Below are positions 40,597 to 48,225 of a DNA stretch of 64,000 nucleotides, piece by piece. The translations under genes and the position numbers were made by a program. A model generated the notes under the pieces. That model was not told the DNA's origin. It saw only the letters and a program-made list of their open reading frames with translations, and did not search any database. The DNA is from an uncultured bacterium (GTDB lineage Bacteria > Fidelibacterota > Marinisomatia > Marinisomatales > JABMOV01): NCBI GenBank assembly GCA_964344305.1, contig CAYFMT010000010.1, forward strand, positions 481-64,480. The letters are read 5' to 3'. The first letter of the stretch is position 1. Each line of letters starts with the position of its first letter.

Positions 40597-41232
40597 ATGG
40601 CCAGAATAAAATTAACACCAAGGGTATTGCTTACATCATTTGTCCTCGTTTTGGGTGTATTACTTTCCATGGTACCTGAAAATACAACACAGCCATATAA
40701 ACTAACGGCAAACCAAATGCTTGCTGAAGTGCAGTACGGTGCAGAAATGATCATTCCTGATGACCTTGCCCACTGGCTGGTGAACCAGGATCCGTCCATT
40801 CAGCTAATTGATGTTCGCACACCAGGTGAATATGAAGCGTTTCACCTACCGAATGCCATAAATATTCCGTTTCTAGAATTATTGTCAAAAGACTGGAATC
40901 CCTGGCTGGATCAAGGAACCAGAATGAATATCTTATATTCAAACGGGACCACAAAAGCGCATGAAGCATGGATGATCATCAGACAGCTTGGATATGAAAA
41001 TAACTACGTGTTGCAGGGTGGGCTGAATTACTGGGCAGAAACCATTCTACATCCAGATACGCCATCTAGCTCCTCTCCAGATGATGAAATAGCACGTTAC
41101 GAATTCAGGAAAGGTGCCTCTCAGTTTTTTGGTGGAGCCTCAACCACTCCAACCGCCAATACAAAATCGGAGAGTAAAAAGCCCAGAATCATACCAAAAA
41201 AGAAAAAGAAAAAAGCTGAGGGCGGTTGTTAG
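40597..41232 (+). CDS. membrane-anchored rhodanese-homology-domain protein lacking the active-site Cys, with poly-Lys tail ending in GGC
   Basis: N-terminal anchor RVLLTSFVLVLGVLLSMV and a rhodanese fold (IQLIDVRTPGEYEAFHLPNAINIP ... ILYSNGTTKAHEAW ... LQGGLNYW). The C-terminus is KKPRIIPKKKKKKAEGGC-stop. Confidence 0.8.
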   Translation: MARIKLTPRVLLTSFVLVLGVLLSMVPENTTQPYKLTANQMLAEVQYGAEMIIPDDLAHWLVNQDPSIQLIDVRTPGEYEAFHLPNAINIPFLELLSKDWNPWLDQGTRMNILYSNGTTKAHEAWMIIRQLGYENNYVLQGGLNYWAETILHPDTPSSSSPDDEIARYEFRKGASQFFGGASTTPTANTKSESKKPRIIPKKKKKKAEGGC

Positions 41233-41236
41233 TATT

Positions 41237-41264
41237 AATCCCCGGTTATTCCGGGGATTTTTTA
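41237..41264 (+). terminator. rho-independent terminator ending the sulfur operon
   Basis: AATCCCCGG-TTATT-CCGGGGATT (9-bp GC-rich stem) followed by TTTT, beginning 5 nt after the stop codon. Confidence 0.85.
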
Positions 41265-41392
41265 TCGACCTACCCCTGGAATTCCCTTCCATTCTTTATT
41301 TCGATTAAACCCCATTTACCTTTAATTTATTTTTCTGGAATAATCTTATTAAACATGGAAACCGTCTTTATCTACCAGCATTTGATGACTAA

Positions 41393-42091
41393 ATGAAAAA
41401 AATCATAATCATAGTTGCTCTCATTGCTTCCTCAATCATCCTTGCACAGGATACAACCCGTATCTATGGTGTGTCGCTGGATATCAAACGCAATGGATTG
41501 TTTGTGCAAATCCGTGCCTCAGAAAAAATTGAACTTGCGGACGTAACCGGGTGGCAAGCAAAAAATAACTGGTTTTATGTCACCGTTATGAATGCCTGGG
41601 CTGATTCAGTGAAGATCACATCGGCAAAAGCACTTTATCCCGTTCAGGAAATTCAGGCCATCAATATCAATAACACTGTTCAACTTGGTTTCAAAGTGAA
41701 CAAAGATATAGAACATTTTGAGTTTTACCCTTCGGATGTTACTCCGGGGATGATCCTGTCATTGCATTTCCCAGTGGATGATGTGATGGTGGCACTGGAA
41801 GAAGAAAAAATGGAAGGGAAAGTCTCGCGTCCTGTTCGTGTACCCGTGGTACTGAGCCGTGCTTTCACACAGAGTGCAGGTGGGGATACCGCATCCGTGA
41901 GCCAATCAGGTTATTCAAATGTTAGGAACAGCTGTTATCTCCTGGGGACCATGTTTACTCTCTCAGGCATGGTTGAAAACCGTTCGGACCATCGAAGCAG
42001 TGTCTGGGAAACCACTGCAGGTTTGACACTCATTGCCCTGACATTTACCTATGATCGGTTTATTCGGAACGATTCCGATATTAATGAGTGA
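41393..42091 (+). CDS. secreted hypothetical protein
   Basis: Signal peptide MKKIIIIVALIASSIILAQ, 232 aa, hydrophobic C-terminal segment. No family recognised. Confidence 0.6.
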   Translation: MKKIIIIVALIASSIILAQDTTRIYGVSLDIKRNGLFVQIRASEKIELADVTGWQAKNNWFYVTVMNAWADSVKITSAKALYPVQEIQAININNTVQLGFKVNKDIEHFEFYPSDVTPGMILSLHFPVDDVMVALEEEKMEGKVSRPVRVPVVLSRAFTQSAGGDTASVSQSGYSNVRNSCYLLGTMFTLSGMVENRSDHRSSVWETTAGLTLIALTFTYDRFIRNDSDINE

Positions 42092-42137
42092 CCTGCTTTT
42101 TTATTTTGCCTTTTTTTGGGCAATTGGTATCATCCTA

Positions 42138-43985
42138 ATGGGATTCTATATAAGGCATAAGTACAATAAAAGGACCAAAAACACTACCATTCAAAAACTG
42201 ATCATTTTTTGGTTCACCTTACAGTTTCCAGGTTCATTTCTTTATTCAACTGAAGAGACTGTCGACCAGTCGGCCTATACCCTCCTGAATCTATCCCGCA
42301 GTTCACATGAACTCCATCATCCCAGTGCATTAGTGAGAGATGTATTGCATTACGGGAATGTGTTGGAAAATCATGTGAAGGAATCCCTTCTTCAAAATGG
42401 GTATACCTTTACCTTACCAAATAAACAAACAGTCCCCGTGGATCGCAACCCATCATTAGGGCTGGATGAATACGTGGATACTGACGTGTTCAGGTTTCAC
42501 TTTACCACACAGGGGCAAAGAGCTGTTGATCCCACAGATAATAATGGCAATTCAATCCCGGATTATGTGGATACCGTTATTTTTGTGTTCGATGACGTTT
42601 ATAGACATATCACTGAGGTTCTCGGGTATACTCCTCCACCTTCTGATGATATTTTACCTGCATCCATGGACAATGGTGGTTCATCCCATTACGATGTGTA
42701 TATCAATAACCTGTCATCGGGTTTTTATGGATATGTCCAGGCTGATTATTATGTTGAGGACAATCCCAACTCGCCGGATATTACAGAGATCAACGCCTAT
42801 ACTAGCTACATGGCTATTCGGAACAACTATGATGGGTTTACCAATTCCCAGTTCAATAATCTGAGGGTTACCATCGCACATGAATTTTTTCACTCCATAC
42901 AATTTGGGTATGATGGCTGGGAAGTGGATTGGGTAATGGAAGCCACGTCTGTGTGGATGGAAGAATCAGCCTATGATGACATCAATGATTGTTATCAATA
43001 CCTGCTACCCTGGTTTGAGGAACCACACGAATCCCTGGCAGCCACCAATTCACGATGGTACGGGTCATTCATCTATTTCCAGTACATAGATGAACACCTG
43101 GGTGGTCCTGATATGATTCGCCAGATCTGGAACAACAGTATTCTTCATGACAGCTGGAATGAGGACGACAGTCGCACCATCATTGATGATGCATTGTCCA
43201 TTGCTTCATCTTCTTTCATTGATGCATTTATCAGCATGGCAATCGCCAATCGGATTCTTTCCACCAGCGCAAAAGCTGGTGACTACAGTTATGACGAAGC
43301 TGATGCGTATATTGCCTTCGACGAGGCATCTCATGACCCTGGGGATTTCCCCCGTGTGTATTCCACAGTTAATTTCCGAGCAGGCGATGTGGATTCCGTT
43401 TCAAGCACCAACCTGGAGAGATATGGTACAAACTATATATTCCTTGATTCAAATGACCCTGTATCCGTTTCACTGAATGCCTATCTGGGATCAAAATCAG
43501 ATTACTCACTGTCTGCCATCCTCCGTGATAACCAGGGGAGTTACAAAATCAAGGAGGGATCCACCATCAATATTGATCCTGAATCCAATGGGTATACCTG
43601 GATGTATCTAGTTGTATCCAGTATTTCAGAATCAAGGATTAGTTATCATTATTCCCTTGAGATTACCGATGGTGAAGTACAGGTAGAAGAACCTCCGAAA
43701 GTGGAAATTAGCAGGGTTTATCCAAACCCGGTTTATTCTACTCATAGCGATTTCATCATTGAAATTCAGAGCTATCGCACAGATATCTATACAGTGCATA
43801 TTCTGGATCTTCTCGGACGAAAAATAAGCACGCCATTTTCTGGGATCATCAATGAAGATGAATCATTCAATGTTAAGTGGAACAGAAAAAATACCGATGG
43901 GAACAGGGTCGCCAGTGGTGTGTATTTTATTCAGGTGAAATCATACCAGGAAGAATCCTTCAGCCGGGTCGTGGTCATTAATTAG
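42138..43985 (+). CDS. putative HExxH zinc metalloprotease with T9SS C-terminal sorting domain
   Basis: AHEFFHSIQ..(n)..MEATSVWMEE motif. The C-terminus YPNPVYSTHSDFIIEIQS...GVYFIQVKS...VVVIN is T9SS CTD-like. The internal ATG 42138 gives a basic n-region plus a hydrophobic signal. The track ORF starts at 42051. Confidence 0.7.
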   Translation: MGFYIRHKYNKRTKNTTIQKLIIFWFTLQFPGSFLYSTEETVDQSAYTLLNLSRSSHELHHPSALVRDVLHYGNVLENHVKESLLQNGYTFTLPNKQTVPVDRNPSLGLDEYVDTDVFRFHFTTQGQRAVDPTDNNGNSIPDYVDTVIFVFDDVYRHITEVLGYTPPPSDDILPASMDNGGSSHYDVYINNLSSGFYGYVQADYYVEDNPNSPDITEINAYTSYMAIRNNYDGFTNSQFNNLRVTIAHEFFHSIQFGYDGWEVDWVMEATSVWMEESAYDDINDCYQYLLPWFEEPHESLAATNSRWYGSFIYFQYIDEHLGGPDMIRQIWNNSILHDSWNEDDSRTIIDDALSIASSSFIDAFISMAIANRILSTSAKAGDYSYDEADAYIAFDEASHDPGDFPRVYSTVNFRAGDVDSVSSTNLERYGTNYIFLDSNDPVSVSLNAYLGSKSDYSLSAILRDNQGSYKIKEGSTINIDPESNGYTWMYLVVSSISESRISYHYSLEITDGEVQVEEPPKVEISRVYPNPVYSTHSDFIIEIQSYRTDIYTVHILDLLGRKISTPFSGIINEDESFNVKWNRKNTDGNRVASGVYFIQVKSYQEESFSRVVVIN

Positions 43986-44943
43986 ATAATATAGATTCCA
44001 ATAAATCCAGCTGCTCTTCAAATCGAACTATAGATTTTTCCAGTACATTTTCATAGGGTTTTGGTGGTTCCCCCACCGGAGCAATGAAAACTGAGGCACC
44101 CAATTCCATTTTAGCCATACTCCGGGCATCTATAAAATACTGATTTACATCATCCAGTGACTGTTTAACTGCCTGTACCCGTTTTATTTTTTCCATGAGA
44201 AACCCGGAATAATCCCCATTTTCTGAAATGGAAATACTGAAATCCTTCAGCATGGCATCTTCTCTTTCACCCACTAATGAATAGCGATGTTGCAATGAAA
44301 GTATCCGGGGTGCATAGTCCAGGAACTGATCATCAATATACACGCAACGATGGTTCTTCTTTTTAAACGCTTCCTTTAACTGCTCCCTGTGATAATCGTA
44401 TAAATATTGATATTGCTGAATTTTTAGGTCATTTTCTTTGAATAATTCATCAAATGTAGTGGTGCTGTTCCGGCTAATTGGAGCTTGAACATCAGGATTT
44501 TTTCTCTTTTTCAGGGACCGCACAAGACGATACTGTTTTGTCCCATAGGTTTTCACCGTATCAAATGCATTCAGGATTGTCTCATACGACGGATATGCTT
44601 TTTCATAAAATTGAAAATCGCTGTACAGTTTTTCCTGTAAAAATGGACCAATGACTGATTCAGTGCTCTCCCTGTTTTCAGATGCACCTGCCAGCCATTC
44701 CTTATAGGTTTCCAGATGAATTTCCATGTGTGTTGGAGATTCAATTTCAAGTGGCATCGGCTTATAAGACGAACAAGCCTCCAGACCCAGATAAGAAAGG
44801 AGGCTCAAAATCAGAAAATATTCGGCAGGATTTCTATGCCTGTAATTTGCCTGCTGAATCCAGTTCAACAAGATTATCGTACCCTCCAATGGTTTCATCA
44901 TCAATAACAATCTGAGGAACCGATCGCCCACCTGTGATTTCAT
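43978..44943 (-). CDS. hypothetical protein, possible lipoprotein; start uncertain
   Basis: 321-aa ORF with a lipobox-like LGLEAC near the N-terminus. Its 5' end overlaps grxC by up to 110 nt in another frame. Confidence 0.5.
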   Translation of the reverse strand: MKSQVGDRFLRLLLMMKPLEGTIILLNWIQQANYRHRNPAEYFLILSLLSYLGLEACSSYKPMPLEIESPTHMEIHLETYKEWLAGASENRESTESVIGPFLQEKLYSDFQFYEKAYPSYETILNAFDTVKTYGTKQYRLVRSLKKRKNPDVQAPISRNSTTTFDELFKENDLKIQQYQYLYDYHREQLKEAFKKKNHRCVYIDDQFLDYAPRILSLQHRYSLVGEREDAMLKDFSISISENGDYSGFLMEKIKRVQAVKQSLDDVNQYFIDARSMAKMELGASVFIAPVGEPPKPYENVLEKSIVRFEEQLDLLESILSN

Positions 44944-45070
44944 ACAGGTCTTCCCTGCTCATATCCTGCTCCTCAATATTGATTTCCTCAAATTCTTTCC
45001 CCCTGTCTGCCAGCAACCGCTTGGCTGCCACACAGTAAGGGCACCAGGATGTTGTATATATTTTTATCAT
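44834..45070 (-). CDS. grxC: glutaredoxin
   Basis: MIKIYTTSWCPYCVAAKRLL (CPYC active site), TVPQ-like SVPQIVIDD and GGYDNL. Length is 78 aa. Confidence 0.9.
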   Translation of the reverse strand: MIKIYTTSWCPYCVAAKRLLADRGKEFEEINIEEQDMSREDLYEITGGRSVPQIVIDDETIGGYDNLVELDSAGKLQA

Positions 45071-45072
45071 AC

Positions 45073-48000
45073 CTATCTCAATAACAATAATTTCTCTGTT
45101 TTTCGATGTATCCCATTCTCCAGGACCACAAAATAGGTTCCAGATGCCATTGGAATCCCTTGAATGGATGTTCCATTCCAGTTCACAACATGTGTTCCAG
45201 GGCTTTGATGCTGGTTTACAATGGTAGTTACATGTCTCCCTTTAATATCATAGATACTGATAACTATCCTGGAGTCATGTTCAACAGTATACTCAATTTT
45301 TGTGGTAGGATTAAATGGGTTGGGATAGATTGATTGAATCCCGAATTTTTCCGGCATAGCGTCATAATCCACACTCAGTGGTGGGACATAATTCACTGGT
45401 GCATGAGGTGTAAATCTGTATATGCGTCCGTTTTCAAGGGGAGCAACACCTGGTGCATAAATATTGTTAAAGGATACCTGAATTCCATCATTCTTGTGAT
45501 GGTCCTCAATGCCGATGGTGGCGTAATTCTTTTCACTGTCAACATTATTGATATCAAGGTACTGCATTTCAATGACACCATCTCCAGTACTGGTAACCAT
45601 GACGGTAGGATCATACAATATCAATTCAAATGTTTCTTCAGTGACTTCGTCAAAATTATTCAGGGCTCGTGACCACTCAATAACAAATCGCCCATTGGTT
45701 TCATCATGCCAGGTGAAGATATTGATTGAATCGGTCCCAACCACCTCAAGATCATCCCAGAATACTGCCATGAGTGCTTTTGGACCCAGCGCCATTGGAA
45801 TCGTATAATTCCAGAAATAATCGATATTGCATGGGATCAATGATACCCATCCATTGGAACTGAGTGTTATGGATGAATAGTCCTCACCGAAATAGGTAAA
45901 TGCAAATGGCAGGGATATGGTAACATGATCATCATCATCTACTGGATAATGGGTTCCGTTAGCCCCACCGTAATCTGGATCAAGTTCTACCCAGTCAAAT
46001 GTAGGTTTTTCTGTGTAACCATCGTCTGTGTTGTCGTATACCCAGTAGCCGTATTGAGACGGCATTGCTGGCAGGTCATGGGATGGCGGCAACACAGCCA
46101 GGTGTTGATTCTTTGAATAAATAACATGATTGTCAATTTTTAAATCCATCTGGATAGTCACGGTGCTCCCCCATGACATGTCACCTAGTGTCACAGTATA
46201 ATCTGACAAATTTGATTCCACGGTTCCCCATGAATCGATGCTGATGGCTGGTTCATTACCACTGAGAGAAACGGATGTTTCCTCGGAGATGGCTGCTAAT
46301 GAAACGGTGACATTTCCATAATCAATACCACCATGATTGATCAACGATAATCTTGGTGAAAATGAAACATTGGGTTCAACAGTGGTGGCTGATTCAAGTG
46401 TGATTTCAAATGGGGGTGTTTCAACCGGTACACCGATCATTCCAGAGGAACCAGATGAGAGGTCCACATTCAGGTTTGCATAATTAGTAAATAGATGATC
46501 CTCTATTCTAACTGTAACTGGTGAAGTGGCTATGGCACTTTCACCATCTGAAATGGAGTTAAATGTGAATGAATCTGATACGATCACAATGTCACCATCT
46601 GCTGTAACCGTTCCTGTTCCTGATCCCAGGGATGATCCACTGGAATTCAAGATCACAGGATAAATATCCACGTTGGTTCCCAGTGGAATGGGATCATGGG
46701 ACTCTTCTGTTCCATCGAAACTATAACCGGAAAACACGATACCTACACTGGCTGGTGTCATGTCTATCATTCCCTGGACAAACCCGGGTTTATTCACATA
46801 TACACTGATGGACTCGCCACTAACTGCAGGGATATTGAATGAAAACCCACCGTCAATATCCGTCATTCCTTTTCCGATGAGATCATCACCAGACATGATG
46901 GCTACAACGGCCTGAGGAACAGGGTTTCCACTGGAGTTGGTGGCATGAATTTTAATGAACCCTGCATCAATATCGGATCCTGTTTCGAAAAGTGTGAATA
47001 CATCTGGTGATTTCACATGGATATTTAAGGATGGATCCCCCAGAATATTGTACACATGGAAATAAAATTCCTGGGCTTCTCCTGCTCCATCCTGATCAGG
47101 AAATTCTCTCAATAATCCAAGTTGCCCGGCCAACATGGCAGGTGCGAGTTCGAGTACATTATGATCCAGGATTGCATCAAACATGTATGCATTAATGATA
47201 TTGTTATACTTTGTACTGGTGTGTAAATCACTGGGACCAATCACTGCAACCCCGCCTTTTGGTACCGATGGTGATCCTGCCCGAACAATGGATTCACCGA
47301 GACACGGATCCACATTATTGGCGAAATCATTGGCGTTGCAGACAAAACTGGTAAAAACAGGGGTCATCCAACCGTTGTTTAATCCTCCAACATCATTCAC
47401 ATGAAACTCAGGATAATGCCAGCCGTTAGCATCTCCCCACCCCCTGTAATTCACAATACCGACGCCATTGTTCAGGATAGACTGAATTTGTGGGGCACCA
47501 TATTGTATTGGAGGATAGAAAACCGTGTCAACCTGGGCATACCCTTCATCCAGCAAAATGTCACGTACCCAGCGGGATGTCCATACCGGTGTGATGGGTA
47601 TAGGTACAGTATTGCTGTAATTCCCACCAACCACGAGTCCACGATCCAGCCAATCACCATGTGCAAGAGGGTTTCGATGATATTGAATGGTTTTTTGAAT
47701 GCTCACGAGGAGCTCTACCGGGGAATCCACTGAAAACCTGCCAATGAATACATCCGGGACACTATCATCCCCCACAAGGTGTGTGTACTTTTGATCTGTT
47801 ACATCGTTTTCAGGTCCATAATAGAACGAAGGCAATTCTCCAAGTCCATCCACATCACCAATGAGCAAAACATATTCCAGCATGGGGTTGGCGTTGAGTG
47901 CATTTGCGATATAACTCTTGATGGATTCAGGAGTGTTGCCTGTTACTGACAGGGGCGCTACCGTTACGTCAAATCCCTGGGATTTCTTGAATTGTACAAA

Positions 48001-48225
48001 ATCCGGTATGTAGGCCAGAAGTGCATCGTGAACAATAATGATGTATTCCCCACGGGAGAAATGGATGTCATCCACTGCAAAACCGGATGTTTCCATTAAT
48101 GGTTTGAATGCCAGTGGATGCAAGCCAACATCTGGTGTTTGAGATAACCCACGGTATAGACCATTTGCCCCCAGTGTCATGGAGATAAATAAAATCGGAC
48201 TAATTAATTTCGTATGAATACGCAT
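45073..48225 (-). CDS. gingipain-like (peptidase C25 family) protein with NIDO-like module and T9SS C-terminal domain
   Basis: Signal peptide. It aligns with RgpB as I remember it: YVLLIGD, FIGRFS, VNYRGWGDANGW (RgpB NYTGHGSETAW) and FTSFVCNANDF (RgpB FDVACVNGDF). The C-terminus is YPNPFNPTTKIEYTV...GTYFVVL...LLLLR. Confidence 0.85.
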   Translation of the reverse strand: MRIHTKLISPILFISMTLGANGLYRGLSQTPDVGLHPLAFKPLMETSGFAVDDIHFSRGEYIIIVHDALLAYIPDFVQFKKSQGFDVTVAPLSVTGNTPESIKSYIANALNANPMLEYVLLIGDVDGLGELPSFYYGPENDVTDQKYTHLVGDDSVPDVFIGRFSVDSPVELLVSIQKTIQYHRNPLAHGDWLDRGLVVGGNYSNTVPIPITPVWTSRWVRDILLDEGYAQVDTVFYPPIQYGAPQIQSILNNGVGIVNYRGWGDANGWHYPEFHVNDVGGLNNGWMTPVFTSFVCNANDFANNVDPCLGESIVRAGSPSVPKGGVAVIGPSDLHTSTKYNNIINAYMFDAILDHNVLELAPAMLAGQLGLLREFPDQDGAGEAQEFYFHVYNILGDPSLNIHVKSPDVFTLFETGSDIDAGFIKIHATNSSGNPVPQAVVAIMSGDDLIGKGMTDIDGGFSFNIPAVSGESISVYVNKPGFVQGMIDMTPASVGIVFSGYSFDGTEESHDPIPLGTNVDIYPVILNSSGSSLGSGTGTVTADGDIVIVSDSFTFNSISDGESAIATSPVTVRIEDHLFTNYANLNVDLSSGSSGMIGVPVETPPFEITLESATTVEPNVSFSPRLSLINHGGIDYGNVTVSLAAISEETSVSLSGNEPAISIDSWGTVESNLSDYTVTLGDMSWGSTVTIQMDLKIDNHVIYSKNQHLAVLPPSHDLPAMPSQYGYWVYDNTDDGYTEKPTFDWVELDPDYGGANGTHYPVDDDDHVTISLPFAFTYFGEDYSSITLSSNGWVSLIPCNIDYFWNYTIPMALGPKALMAVFWDDLEVVGTDSINIFTWHDETNGRFVIEWSRALNNFDEVTEETFELILYDPTVMVTSTGDGVIEMQYLDINNVDSEKNYATIGIEDHHKNDGIQVSFNNIYAPGVAPLENGRIYRFTPHAPVNYVPPLSVDYDAMPEKFGIQSIYPNPFNPTTKIEYTVEHDSRIVISIYDIKGRHVTTIVNQHQSPGTHVVNWNGTSIQGIPMASGTYFVVLENGIHRKTEKLLLLR

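Noticed and set aside
45073-48225. Possibility that the C25-like gene is the T9SS sortase PorU
   Set aside because: The peptidase-like domain sits at the extreme N-terminus. No PorV-like gene is adjacent. A paralogue with a dockerin tail exists in the same operon. It is more likely cargo than machinery, though an HMM check is still advisable.
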